From the NCBI GenBank assembly GCA_943841495.1, contig CALSYL010000004.1, forward strand, positions 173,592-237,591: a stretch of DNA of 64,000 nt, read 5' to 3'. Positions 48,804 through 58,340 of this stretch are shown here, in pieces (positions within the stretch are counted from its first letter, which is position 1; each line of letters begins with the position of its first letter). Source of the stretch: an uncultured bacterium. Lineage in GTDB: Bacteria > Fidelibacterota > Marinisomatia > Marinisomatales > Marinisomataceae. The position numbers and the translations under genes were made by a program. The notes beneath the pieces are model-generated. The model saw only the letters and a program-made list of their open reading frames with translations. It did not search any database and was not told where the DNA came from.

Positions 48804-49280
48804 ATGTTTAAATTATTTTTTCAAATAATTTTACTAAACACAATAGCGTTTAGTCATCAGTTCTTTTTGACAACTACTGAAGTGCGCTTGAGTGACAACC
48901 AAAAGAATTTAGAGGTGACTATTCAGACATTTTCTCATGATGTCGAAGCTTTATTGAAAGCTGCAGATTTTAATTTAGCAAATCTTGGTTCAGAGAGAGA
49001 AGACAATGCTATTGATGATTTTTTAATTGATTATCTTTCAGATAATTTTATTATTCAAGATCATTATTGGAAGTATCTTGGTAAAAAAGTTGACGGAGAT
49101 TTTACCTTATTTTTTTTAGAAATTGAGAAATTTAAATCTCCTGCCAATGTTGCTGTACTAAATACAATCTTTATGGATATGTATGAAAAGCAGCAAAATA
49201 TCATGAACGTTTATGGACAAAGAAATGTTCAGTCAGCTACAATGACAATTGATGATCCTGCATTTAAGTTTGAGCTTTAA
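48804..49280 (+). CDS. Small secreted protein, DUF6702-like
   Basis: Start moved to the ATG at 48804 (MFKLFFQIILLNTIAFS). SHQFFLTTTEVRL..NLEVTIQTFSHDVEALL resembles the DUF6702 pattern often found next to M1 peptidases (from memory). Confidence 0.5.
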   Translation: MFKLFFQIILLNTIAFSHQFFLTTTEVRLSDNQKNLEVTIQTFSHDVEALLKAADFNLANLGSEREDNAIDDFLIDYLSDNFIIQDHYWKYLGKKVDGDFTLFFLEIEKFKSPANVAVLNTIFMDMYEKQQNIMNVYGQRNVQSATMTIDDPAFKFEL

Positions 49281-50112
49281 TACTTTCTTGATTTCCAACA
49301 TACCAGATATATATACCGCTCAACATCATTGCAATACATAGCAACTGACCCATACTAAGGTTAAGAAATATAAATCCTAGGTGAGCATCAGGCTCTCTAA
49401 AGTATTCAATACAAAAACGAAAGAAGCCATATCCAAATACATACAATCCGCTGTTAAATCCTAACTTATTATGTTTACTGAAAAATCGAATTATGGCATA
49501 CAGGATAATACCTTCAAATAATGCTTCATATAATTGTGATGGGTGCCTTAGTAATTGATCTCCTGCATTTGGAAAGTACATTCCAATAGACGATTCAGTA
49601 GTTCTACCATACAATTCCCCATTTATAAAATTACCTATCCTACCAAAAAAATATCCTAATGGGATTGCAGCTGTTAAAAAATCGGCTAAAACAAATAGAT
49701 GAAGATTTACTTTGCGGCTAAACAACCAAATTGCAGTTACCACTCCAAGAACTCCACCGTGGTATGACATGCCAGCTATCCCTGTAAAAACCCAATTGCC
49801 ATTATAATATTTAAATGGTAAAAGAATTTCTAGAGGATTGGAAAAATAATATTCAAAATTATAAAAGAATACATAGCCAAATCTTGCACCTATTAGCAAA
49901 CCAATAAAACACCAGGATAATAAGTCTTCAAATTGCTCAAGATTGATTTTAGTAAAAGTGCTATTTTTGATTTGTCGACTACATAGAAGGTATACAACAC
50001 CAAATGCAACCAAGTACATCATAGAGTACCAGTAAATTGTTAAAGGACCAATCGATATAAGAATAGGGTCCATTTTTGAAGGAAGAGTTTGCCACCATGA
50101 TAAGAAATCCAT
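49264..50112 (-). CDS. lgt: Prolipoprotein diacylglyceryl transferase
   Basis: YWYSMMY, SYHGG and GRIGNFINGELYG. Confidence 0.92.
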   Translation of the reverse strand: MDFLSWWQTLPSKMDPILISIGPLTIYWYSMMYLVAFGVVYLLCSRQIKNSTFTKINLEQFEDLLSWCFIGLLIGARFGYVFFYNFEYYFSNPLEILLPFKYYNGNWVFTGIAGMSYHGGVLGVVTAIWLFSRKVNLHLFVLADFLTAAIPLGYFFGRIGNFINGELYGRTTESSIGMYFPNAGDQLLRHPSQLYEALFEGIILYAIIRFFSKHNKLGFNSGLYVFGYGFFRFCIEYFREPDAHLGFIFLNLSMGQLLCIAMMLSGIYIWYVGNQESIKAQT

Positions 50113-50174
50113 AGTGGAAGATACAAAAAATACTTTGTAACCTAAAAAAAATTATATAACCTCGAACAGACATT

Positions 50175-50702
50175 ATGATTTTATCAGGAAAAGAAATTTT
50201 AAAAAGAAAAGATTCGGATATCATTATCGATCCATTTAGGGAAGAGCAAGTTAATCCGAACAGTTATAACCTAAGGCTCCATAATGAATTAATGGTTTAT
50301 GATAAAACCCCTTTAGATATGAGGGAAGACAATACTGCATCTAAAATTATAATTCCGGAAGAGGGGTTATTACTTGAAAGTAGAAAATTATACTTAGGTA
50401 GAACTATAGAGTACACTGAAACACATAATCTTGTTCCAATGCTAGAAGGAAGATCTTCTGTTGGAAGGCTAGGGCTTTTTGTACACGTTACTGCTGGGTT
50501 TGGAGATGTAGGTTTTAAGGGGTATTGGACATTAGAAATCTTTTGTGTACAGCCTATCATCATTTATCCATCGGTAGAGATTTGTCAAATTTTTTACCAT
50601 TCTGTTGAAGGAGATGTTGATCCTTATAAAAGTGGAAAATATCAAGGCAATAAAGATATCCAAACAAGCATGCTCTATAAAGATTTTAATAAAGATGAAT
50701 AA
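50175..50702 (+). CDS. dcd: dCTP deaminase
   Basis: NPNSYNLRL and [14 protein letters not shown]. Confidence 0.9.
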   Translation: MILSGKEILKRKDSDIIIDPFREEQVNPNSYNLRLHNELMVYDKTPLDMREDNTASKIIIPEEGLLLESRKLYLGRTIEYTETHNLVPMLEGRSSVGRLGLFVHVTAGFGDVGFKGYWTLEIFCVQPIIIYPSVEICQIFYHSVEGDVDPYKSGKYQGNKDIQTSMLYKDFNKDE

Positions 50703-50925
50703 ATTATTAATCTTTCCTTTTATTATTTTAATAAAATTTTATCAAACATTAATTTCTCCATTATTAGGATCGAATTGTCGGTATCAACCAACCTGCTCTG
50801 CGTATAGCATAGATGCCTTAAAAACATGGGGACTATTTAAAGGACTATTTATGTCGTTTAAAAGAATAATTAAGTGTAATCCATGGGGTGGAAATGGATA
50901 TGATCCTGTACCAAAGAAAGACTAG
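50695..50925 (+). CDS. yidD: Membrane protein insertion efficiency factor YidD
   Basis: [19 protein letters not shown]. Start moved to the ATG at 50695, giving an 8-nt overlap with dcd. Confidence 0.9.
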   Translation: MNKLLIFPFIILIKFYQTLISPLLGSNCRYQPTCSAYSIDALKTWGLFKGLFMSFKRIIKCNPWGGNGYDPVPKKD

Positions 50926-50927
50926 CA

Positions 50928-51632
50928 ATGTATGAGTTTATAGAAAGTTTAGAAGTATTACTCAATAACAATTTTACCTATACAGTTATATTTGTACTAG
51001 GAATGTTTCATGCTTTAGAGCCTGGGCATGGTAAAACTTTAATTCTTGCTTATTTAAGCGGAGGTTCAATCAGAACAATTGGTTCACTAAAAATTATAAG
51101 CGGATTAATTCTGACACACTTTATTTTATTTTCGTTTATTGCATTTTTATTAAAAGCTGGAGGAGAATTATTTCCAATTCTAGAAGTAATCGGTCCAATA
51201 TTAATTATCTGCCTTGGCATATATTTATTTTTAAGATCTATTAAAGAAACAAGGCACGAAGATGAAGAAGAGTGTGACGATCCAATGCATTTTCATTTTA
51301 ATGACACAAAATTTGCAAGCCCATTTGTAACTGGAATGGTTGCTGGGCTAATCCCATGTCCTTCCGCAATTGCAGTTTTATTAATTGCAGCAAATAAATT
51401 TCAACAAGATAATTATACTTTATACTCATCGATTTTTATCTATGTATTAGGAATTGCATTAACATTAATTAGTATAATGACATTATTTTTATTATTTAAA
51501 GATCAATTCTCAGATAAGCTAAATTCAATGAATAGTAAGTTTAATACTAACTTGATTGCAGCAATGTTAATAATCTTAGTTGGAATATTGTACCTAGCGC
51601 TACATTTGCTAGGAATTGAGCATCAGCATTAA
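50928..51632 (+). CDS. NicO/RcnA-family nickel/cobalt transporter
   Basis: HALEPGHGKT signature, a His/acidic loop (RHEDEEECDDPMHFHF) and 6 TM. Confidence 0.7.
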   Translation: MYEFIESLEVLLNNNFTYTVIFVLGMFHALEPGHGKTLILAYLSGGSIRTIGSLKIISGLILTHFILFSFIAFLLKAGGELFPILEVIGPILIICLGIYLFLRSIKETRHEDEEECDDPMHFHFNDTKFASPFVTGMVAGLIPCPSAIAVLLIAANKFQQDNYTLYSSIFIYVLGIALTLISIMTLFLLFKDQFSDKLNSMNSKFNTNLIAAMLIILVGILYLALHLLGIEHQH

Positions 51633-52141
51633 TCGTGTTTTACAAGTTCAAATTGCTCTTCAGTATATCCTAATTCAACTAAAGCGCTCATAATTTTTTT
51701 GTAATCTTCATCACTGACTTTTGTAGATCTTCCCATAATCCATCCCATGCTATTTTTTGGATAACCAACTGCCATGAATTCATAATTTTTATCTACATAC
51801 ACTATTTTAAAAGGAAATTTCATGAACGGAACAAATGGTTTTCTCATTTGAATAGTCCATTCGGCATTAGAAGTTTTATTAACAACAGTCCCTTTCTGTT
51901 TGATTTGTCTTTGCTTGCCATCTTTGATAGCGTCATAGGTGATATCAATGGTTCCATCTTTATTTAATACATATGTATCTGATGAATTCGTAGCACCTTT
52001 TTCAATCATGTTCGGTACTAATGCAATTACAAACCATTTACCCATAAATCGTTCTAAGTCAACAGATTCTACTGTCTTCATAGTGTCAGCTCCTTTAATA
52101 AAACTTGCAAAAATAATAAATAGTAATAATAGCGTTTTCAT
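51629..52141 (-). CDS. blc: Bacterial lipocalin (Blc-like)
   Basis: GKWFVIA, 170 aa, signal peptide. Confidence 0.8.
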   Translation of the reverse strand: MKTLLLLFIIFASFIKGADTMKTVESVDLERFMGKWFVIALVPNMIEKGATNSSDTYVLNKDGTIDITYDAIKDGKQRQIKQKGTVVNKTSNAEWTIQMRKPFVPFMKFPFKIVYVDKNYEFMAVGYPKNSMGWIMGRSTKVSDEDYKKIMSALVELGYTEEQFELVKHD

Positions 52142-52486
52142 CTAAATATCCACTCCAATTTTTTTATATAACATGCTCAATGCAAAATATAATACTACCA
52201 TAATTGATATAGAAAGAAACATGCTTGGTGCAAAAGAAATTCTCTTCAGAAAGTAAGGCAATGTTAAAAAGAATGATAATGATGGCATTATCATAGCAAA
52301 TACCCCATAGGAAAAGTCTATAATTTTGTCTACATCTTTTGTCTCAAAATAAAGCCATGAGATTGTAATAAGAGATATCATCGGTAGCGAAACTATAATT
52401 GCTCCTAGAAGAGAGTCTCTTTTGCCAATTTCAGATGCAGCAAATATAATAAGGGCTGATATTAAAATTTTAGCTATATTGAACAC
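52142..52486 (-). CDS. DUF3147-like small membrane protein
   Basis: KILISALIIFAASEIGKR..LGAIIVSLP. I prefer the GTG start at 52486. The ATG at 52513 and the track start at 52588 both overlap zupT. Confidence 0.5.
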   Translation of the reverse strand: MFNIAKILISALIIFAASEIGKRDSLLGAIIVSLPMISLITISWLYFETKDVDKIIDFSYGVFAMIMPSLSFFLTLPYFLKRISFAPSMFLSISIMVVLYFALSMLYKKIGVDI

Positions 52487-52496
52487 TAAATAACTT

Positions 52497-53291
52497 ATGG
52501 AATTAAACAACATATATCTAGGTTTTGCTTTAGCAACATTTGCTGGGCTAAGTACGGGTATTGGGAGTGGTATTGCTCTTTTTACCAAAATTTCAAATAA
52601 AAGATTTTTAGCAATCGCTTTAGGATTATCGGCAGGAATAATGATTTACGTTTCATTTATGGAAATGATGCAATTATCATTTGAATCTTTGTCGCTAATA
52701 TATGGACATAATTTTGGGAAGCTAATTAGTGTAACAGGGTTTGTAGTTGGATTATTGCTAATGTTATTAATTGATCAATTATTTGATCACCAGTCAATTG
52801 CTGATTTCATTGCTAGATCGGAGAATAAAAACGAATCATCATTAATTAAAGCAGGAGTTTTTTCAGCCATAGCTCTGGCAATCCATAATTTTCCTGAAGG
52901 ATTTGCAACCTTTACAGCTACGGTATATGATCCTGCGATTGGTTTAACTTTAGCATCAGCAATTGCGGTTCACAATATTCCGGAAGGTATTGCTGTATCA
53001 GTTCCGATTTATTACGCAACTAAAAGTAAGAAAAAAGCATTTTTTATTTCATTTTTATCTGGCTTTGCTGAGCCGGTTGGTGCATTGATTGGTTTTTTAA
53101 TTTTTAGAACTGTATTTAATGAAGCTTTGTTTGGAATATCATTTGCTTTGTGTGCAGGTATTATGGTATATGTTGCATTGAATGAATTATTACCTGTAGC
53201 AAAAGATTATGGTGAACCAAGCGATGCTATTATCGGTGTTACTATTGGGATGATTATTATGGCTGTCAGCCTAATAATGATGTACGCTTAA
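52497..53291 (+). CDS. zupT: ZIP-family zinc transporter ZupT
   Basis: GFAAG-like LGLSAGIMIYVSFMEM, HNFPEG and HNIPEG. Confidence 0.85.
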   Translation: MELNNIYLGFALATFAGLSTGIGSGIALFTKISNKRFLAIALGLSAGIMIYVSFMEMMQLSFESLSLIYGHNFGKLISVTGFVVGLLLMLLIDQLFDHQSIADFIARSENKNESSLIKAGVFSAIALAIHNFPEGFATFTATVYDPAIGLTLASAIAVHNIPEGIAVSVPIYYATKSKKKAFFISFLSGFAEPVGALIGFLIFRTVFNEALFGISFALCAGIMVYVALNELLPVAKDYGEPSDAIIGVTIGMIIMAVSLIMMYA

Positions 53292-53878
53292 AGAAGTTCA
53301 GTAATTTCTTTAGACATTGGCTTAACAGATTTATCAAAAAACTCAACAAGATTTCCATTTTCATCTATTAAGTATTTACAAAAATTCCATGTAGGTTTTT
53401 TTTCATTCCACCCGTTCAAATCTTTGTTTGTTAACCAGGTATACACAGGACTTTGGTTCCTGCCTTTGGTAGTAATTTTTGAAAACATTTGGAATGTTAC
53501 TCCATAATTCTTTTCACAAAAATCAGCTATCTCAGCGTCTGAACCTCTTTCTTGAAATAAGAAATCGTTAGCAGGAAAACCGAGAATTTCAACGTCTTTC
53601 CCATAAATATCATTAAGTTTTTGTAAACCTTCATATTGATATGTGTATCCACAGCTAGAGGCAGTATTAACAATTAATACTTTCTTGCCCTTATATTTTT
53701 TAAATGAAATTTCTTCTCCATCAATTGATGTAGCTTTTAAATCGTAAAAACTTGAAATAGCCTTAGATTTTTTCGAAGAATCATCTGATTTCTTAGCTGA
53801 AAATCCAACCAATAAAAACGCAGTTCCTATTGCTAGGAAAATTATCATACCGGCAGTTATTGTAAATGTTTTTATCAT
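53288..53878 (-). CDS. Glutathione peroxidase (Cys type) with an N-terminal membrane anchor
   Basis: LIVNTASSCGYT, GFPANDF and WNFCKYLI. Confidence 0.88.
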   Translation of the reverse strand: MIKTFTITAGMIIFLAIGTAFLLVGFSAKKSDDSSKKSKAISSFYDLKATSIDGEEISFKKYKGKKVLIVNTASSCGYTYQYEGLQKLNDIYGKDVEILGFPANDFLFQERGSDAEIADFCEKNYGVTFQMFSKITTKGRNQSPVYTWLTNKDLNGWNEKKPTWNFCKYLIDENGNLVEFFDKSVKPMSKEITELL

Positions 53879-53909
53879 AATATTGATTAAATTTGCTTGA
53901 AAAAATACT

Positions 53910-54056
53910 ATGTATTTAATTAATAAAGAAGAATTATCTGGGAATGCACTGTGGATAAAGAATCATTTTGAAGAGATATTCATTTGGTTTTCTATTGTAT
54001 GCATTATTATATCAATGTTGTTTATATTAAAATTATATTTCAATCGTCAAAAATGA
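53910..54056 (+). CDS. Candidate small membrane protein (48 aa), not in the ORF track
   Basis: MYLINKEELSGNALWIKNHFEEIFIWFSIVCIIISMLFILKLYFNRQK. Its TGA overlaps the ATG of the next gene (ATGA at 54053-54056). There is no obvious SD. Confidence 0.3.
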   Translation: MYLINKEELSGNALWIKNHFEEIFIWFSIVCIIISMLFILKLYFNRQK

Positions 54057-54859
54057 GAATACTTCAAATTATATTAGCTATATCTTTGCTTGCATGTCAG
54101 AATACTGCTGCAGAAGATTCAAAAAAAAATAAATCTGAAGTTGCACAAAGCACACAGTCTGGGAATCAAATCAAAAATGGAATTGTTTTTCGAGATGCAC
54201 AGGGTAAATTTTTAACCGAAGCAGAAAAAGACAGTATTGTTCAAAACCTTGAAAGCGTTCAAGCCTTAAAGCGTTATGATAATGAAAATAATAATACAGA
54301 ATATATCCTTTTTCAAGATTATGATGATTTAAAAGGATTTGTAGATGATGATGTGATAGCAAATTTGATTGAAGAGAATAAATTAATGCGCTCAGGAGGT
54401 AGAGGAGCTGTTATTAATAAAAGAATTAATGACCAATGGATAGATAAGCCTCTTCCTGCTGGAGATTTAAATATGCTAGATGGTTCAACTAAGTCATTCG
54501 CTGATTATAGAGGTAAAATATTAGTTATTAATTTTTGGTATATTAATTGTGGGCCTTGTATTGCAGAAATGCCTTACTTGAATGATTTGGTTGATAAATA
54601 CAGCAATGAAGATATTCAATTTCTTGCTCTAAGCTTTGATTCTAAAACTGATATCAAAAATTTTTTACAACGCACAGAATTTAAATACGAGCAAGGATCT
54701 ATTTCTAGAGCATTCATGTATGATTTCACCCCAGTTTCACCCGGGCATTTTATAGTAGACGAAGAAGGAATTATTAGAGATATTCTTATTGGAGCACCTA
54801 GACAAACTTCCATTATTTATCAGCGCTTAGTTGAAGTCATTGAAAAAAATAAAAAATAA
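54053..54859 (+). CDS. TlpA-like thioredoxin-fold thiol:disulfide oxidoreductase lipoprotein
   Basis: Lipobox SLLAC. WYINCGPC active site. Start moved to the ATG at 54053. Confidence 0.8.
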   Translation: MRILQIILAISLLACQNTAAEDSKKNKSEVAQSTQSGNQIKNGIVFRDAQGKFLTEAEKDSIVQNLESVQALKRYDNENNNTEYILFQDYDDLKGFVDDDVIANLIEENKLMRSGGRGAVINKRINDQWIDKPLPAGDLNMLDGSTKSFADYRGKILVINFWYINCGPCIAEMPYLNDLVDKYSNEDIQFLALSFDSKTDIKNFLQRTEFKYEQGSISRAFMYDFTPVSPGHFIVDEEGIIRDILIGAPRQTSIIYQRLVEVIEKNKK

Positions 54860-54895
54860 ATTCTATAAAGCATATTCAATGAGTAAATTTTTCTA

Positions 54896-55690
54896 ATGAA
54901 AAAAATATTATCAATAGTCGTACTTGCTTGTTCTTTTTTAAGTGCTCAGACACATATTGTTCCTGAAGGTTTCACTGGTTTTTCTGTTTCTTTTAAGCAT
55001 GATCAAAATGTAGACTTTTTTGGAGAAGGAAAATTTTTGAGAGATAGTTATGGTAACGGGCTTGGTGTTGGATATATTTATGATGGTACTTTTGGTGTTG
55101 ATTTTGAATATGGTTATTCGTTGTTTGACCGAAAAGATACCTATACTTTTTTCCAAGCTGATTCTGAAATACCTGTATTGTCAGAAGATGAAAATTTTAA
55201 TTTTGTCGATAATTTTAGATCTGAAAATGCTGGAGTGGGTGACAAAGGATTTTCTTTTGGCTTAACATACTATTTAAATGAAAATCAAACACTGTTTGAT
55301 CAAGCTCTTCCGGTAAATCTTTCTTTAGGTTTTCGTTATGGTAGTACTAATTATAGTAGTACTGCGCTTACCTATTTAGATCAAGATTTTTATGGAAAAT
55401 TTTATTCAATAGAATTGGGTGTATTTAAAGAAATTGAAACTTCAGCAAGCTTTTATATGATTCCTCGAATTAAATTAAATATTACTAATGAAAAAAATAT
55501 TTATGACGCAGTATCTATTCAACAATCTGATGGTGTAACAGAATCTTTTAGCCTTGGAAGTAACTATTTTGAAATAGCACTTCCCTTTATTTTAAATAAT
55601 ACTTCCGCTGGACAACCTTTTGTTGAACCTAGCATCGCTAATAAATATGGCACTACTCATTTAGGATTAAAATTTGGATTTTTATTTTAA
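54896..55690 (+). CDS. Outer-membrane beta-barrel protein
   Basis: Signal peptide ending LSA|QTH, alternating aromatic/Gly strands and a C-terminal GLKFGFLF. Confidence 0.55.
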   Translation: MKKILSIVVLACSFLSAQTHIVPEGFTGFSVSFKHDQNVDFFGEGKFLRDSYGNGLGVGYIYDGTFGVDFEYGYSLFDRKDTYTFFQADSEIPVLSEDENFNFVDNFRSENAGVGDKGFSFGLTYYLNENQTLFDQALPVNLSLGFRYGSTNYSSTALTYLDQDFYGKFYSIELGVFKEIETSASFYMIPRIKLNITNEKNIYDAVSIQQSDGVTESFSLGSNYFEIALPFILNNTSAGQPFVEPSIANKYGTTHLGLKFGFLF

Positions 55691-55708
55691 CTAAATATTG
55701 AGACATTT

Positions 55709-56794
55709 GTGTCAAAGACATTCAATATTAACTCTGATATTTCGCTAGCTAAAACATTACCTTCAAGCTTTTATAGAAGCCAAACTATTTTTGATAAGAT
55801 AAGAGATGATGTATTTTTAAAGTCTTGGCAATTTATTGGAGATAATTCACAGATTAAAATTAATAATTCTTTCTCTCCTCAAACACTTTTGGACGGATTT
55901 TTAACTGAGCCTATTGTTCTTACAAGAGACAATAATAATCAAGCGCATTGTTTAACGAATGTATGTACTCATAGAGGGAACATTGTAGCTATGGGACCTG
56001 GTAAAGGAAAGAAATTAACCTGCTGTTACCATGGTAGATCTTTTGAGTTAGATGGAAGCTTTAAATCCATGCCTGAATTTGAAAAAACAAAAAATTTTCC
56101 GTCAGATAGCGACAACTTACATAGTTTTCCCCTTGAGGAATGGGGCCCTTTTCTATTTGCTGGTCTAAATCCATCTTTTGATTTTAAAAATGTTTTAAAA
56201 GTCATGAACGAAAGAATTGGATTTTTACCATTAAACGATTTTACCTTTCATTCTTCACTTTCAAAAGACTACTTGGTGCATTGTCATTGGGCATTATATT
56301 GCGATAACTATTTGGAAGGATTTCATATTCCATACGTCCATGAAGGCTTGAACAAGGTGCTAGATTATGGAAACTATGAAACCAAAATTTTTGATTATTG
56401 TAACTTACAAATTGGATACTCTGATCAAGCAAATGAAGTTTTTGATTTACCAAAAGGGCATATTGATGAAGGAAGATCAATCGCAGCATACTATTTTTGG
56501 ATCTATCCTAATATGATGTTTAATTTTTATCCATGGGGTTTATCAATTAATATGGTAAAACCATTATCAATTAATAAAACCAAAGTATCATTTGTCACCT
56601 ATGTTTATGATGAATCTAAGCTTCAAAAAGGCGCTGGTAACGATATAGACAAAGTTGAAAGAGAAGATGAATTCATTGTAGAAAGCGTGAATAAAGGCAT
56701 TCAATCTTCTTTTTATAAAGCAGGAAGATATTCACCAACAAGAGAGCAAGGCGTACATCACTTTCATCGGTTGCTTGCTCAATCTTTAAAATAA
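55709..56794 (+). CDS. Rieske [2Fe-2S] non-heme-iron oxygenase alpha-subunit-like protein (choline-monooxygenase-like)
   Basis: CTHRG-x17-CCYHG Rieske motif and YCDNYLEGFHIPYVH mononuclear-Fe region. GTG start. Confidence 0.8.
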   Translation: MSKTFNINSDISLAKTLPSSFYRSQTIFDKIRDDVFLKSWQFIGDNSQIKINNSFSPQTLLDGFLTEPIVLTRDNNNQAHCLTNVCTHRGNIVAMGPGKGKKLTCCYHGRSFELDGSFKSMPEFEKTKNFPSDSDNLHSFPLEEWGPFLFAGLNPSFDFKNVLKVMNERIGFLPLNDFTFHSSLSKDYLVHCHWALYCDNYLEGFHIPYVHEGLNKVLDYGNYETKIFDYCNLQIGYSDQANEVFDLPKGHIDEGRSIAAYYFWIYPNMMFNFYPWGLSINMVKPLSINKTKVSFVTYVYDESKLQKGAGNDIDKVEREDEFIVESVNKGIQSSFYKAGRYSPTREQGVHHFHRLLAQSLK

Positions 56795-56871
56795 TTATAT
56801 ATAGACTAACAATCTTTCACTACCTAGATACATTAATTCAACTGTAACCCAATTTCTTAGAAAGAAAGAGA

Positions 56872-56956
56872 GAGGCGGAGGTTAATAGGTATTATGTATT
56901 GTAGAATTGAGATATAAATACGTTTGTATGAACCAATCAAGGATTTCCCCCGCCTC
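56872..56956 (+). other. 85-nt hairpin clamped by GC-rich arms (GAGGCGGAGG / CCCCCGCCTC). Candidate structured RNA or cis element.
   Basis: Read directly. 9 of the 10 arm positions pair. This is the only GC-rich patch in a 286-bp non-coding gap, apart from the flanking tRNA. Confidence 0.3.
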
Positions 56957-56978
56957 AACTAACTCATATTGACCTGTT
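56939..56978 (+). repeat. Intergenic element copy 2 (AAGGATTTCCCCCGCCTCAACTAACTCATATTGACCTGTT)
   Basis: Hand alignment with 21793..21833. Confidence 0.45.
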
Positions 56979-57012
56979 AATTTAAATACAGACTTTTTAA
57001 AAAAACAAGAAA

Positions 57013-57030
57013 AAACCGACCAGTCGGTTT
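57013..57030. terminator. Bidirectional intrinsic terminator (AAACCGA-CCAG-TCGGTTT) flanked by an A-tract and a T-tract
   Basis: 7-bp stem with a tetraloop. The minus-strand tail TTTCTTGTTTTTTT is the stronger one (end of grxD/tRNA-Glu). The plus-strand tail is AATTTTATT (end of the Rieske gene). Confidence 0.55.
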
Positions 57031-57080
57031 AATTTTATTAATTTAACTTTTAAAAAGAATGTTTTTGTGGGGAAGTGGAG

Positions 57081-57152
57081 CAGCCCGTAGGGGGATCGAA
57101 CCCCTGTTGCATGGATGAAAACCATGAGTCCTAACCACTAGACGAACGGGCC
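57081..57152 (-). tRNA. tRNA-Glu (TTC)
   Basis: The reverse complement is GGCCCGT..CATGG-TTTTCAT-CCATG..GGTTCGATCCCC..ACGGGCTG. Confidence 0.93.
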
Positions 57153-57208
57153 AAAAACGTAGCAAAATATAGACCTAAGATATTATTTTTACAATAGACT
57201 TTCTTTAC

Positions 57209-57535
57209 TTACGAATTAACGTCTAAAGCGTCAAGTAGTTGACCATTTTCATGCATTTCAACTGTAATATCGCAGCCACCTAATAATTTACCATTTACAA
57301 ATAATTGTGGAAAAGTTGGCCAGCCAGACAATTCTGCTAATGCAGGTCTCATTTCTTCGCTAGCTAAAATGTTCACATCATGGAAATCGACACCATAATG
57401 ATTCAATACACTTACAACTGTTTTTGAAAAGCCACAAACTGGCATATCTTTGGTTCCCTTCATAAAAAGGACAATATTGTTTTCATCAATGATTTTTTTG
57501 AAATCTTCTTTGTAATTCATGGTTAAATTTATCAA
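57209..57535 (-). CDS. grxD: Monothiol glutaredoxin (Grx4 family)
   Basis: CGFS active site and WPTFPQLFVNG. Confidence 0.92.
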   Translation of the reverse strand: MINLTMNYKEDFKKIIDENNIVLFMKGTKDMPVCGFSKTVVSVLNHYGVDFHDVNILASEEMRPALAELSGWPTFPQLFVNGKLLGGCDITVEMHENGQLLDALDVNS

Positions 57536-57569
57536 TATATTTTAAAAATAAAAGGGAGTTATTAAATCA

Positions 57570-58340
57570 ATGAGACTTTTTTCATGGAATGTTAATGGAG
57601 TACGAGCAATTGAGAAAAAAGGTTTCTTAACTTGGGTAGATAATGTGGCTCCAGATATCTTATGTATTCAAGAAACCAAAGCTAATTTTGATCAACTGCC
57701 TGATTCTCTTCAAAGTGTTGATGGCTATCATGGTTATTGGCATTCAGGAGAAAGAAAAGGATACAGCGGTGTAGCTACTTTTAGCAAGCAGGAACCACTC
57801 GATGTTCAGTATGGGCTTGGTATTGAAAAATATGATAGAGAAGGAAGAGTACTTATTACAGAATTTGATAATTTTTTACTTTATAATATTTATTTCCCAA
57901 ACGGACAAAAAGATGAACATAGGTTACAATATAAATTAGATTTCTATGATGATCTTTTGGTTATCCTTAATGAACAAGTTGAGTCTGGAGTGAATGTAGT
58001 TGTAGCTGGCGATTGGAATACTGCACATTTTCCTATCGATTTAGCAAATCCAAAAGCAAATGAAAAAAACTCCGGGTTCATGCCTGTTGAAAGAGCCCAG
58101 TTAGATGAATACGTTGAAAACGGCTATGTTGATACCTTTAGATTGTTTCACGATGAACCTGATAGATATTCATGGTGGACGTATCGTTTTGGAGCACGTC
58201 AACGAAATATTGGATGGAGAATTGACTATTTTTTTGTAAATGAAAGTTTTGTTGAGTCAGTTATAGATGCTGAAATTCATGAAGATGTAATGGGTTCTGA
58301 TCATTGCCCAGTTTCTGTAGAGCTAGTTGATAATTTCTAA
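57570..58340 (+). CDS. xth: Exodeoxyribonuclease III
   Basis: SWNVNG, LCIQETK, GDWN and SDHCPV. Confidence 0.92.
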   Translation: MRLFSWNVNGVRAIEKKGFLTWVDNVAPDILCIQETKANFDQLPDSLQSVDGYHGYWHSGERKGYSGVATFSKQEPLDVQYGLGIEKYDREGRVLITEFDNFLLYNIYFPNGQKDEHRLQYKLDFYDDLLVILNEQVESGVNVVVAGDWNTAHFPIDLANPKANEKNSGFMPVERAQLDEYVENGYVDTFRLFHDEPDRYSWWTYRFGARQRNIGWRIDYFFVNESFVESVIDAEIHEDVMGSDHCPVSVELVDNF

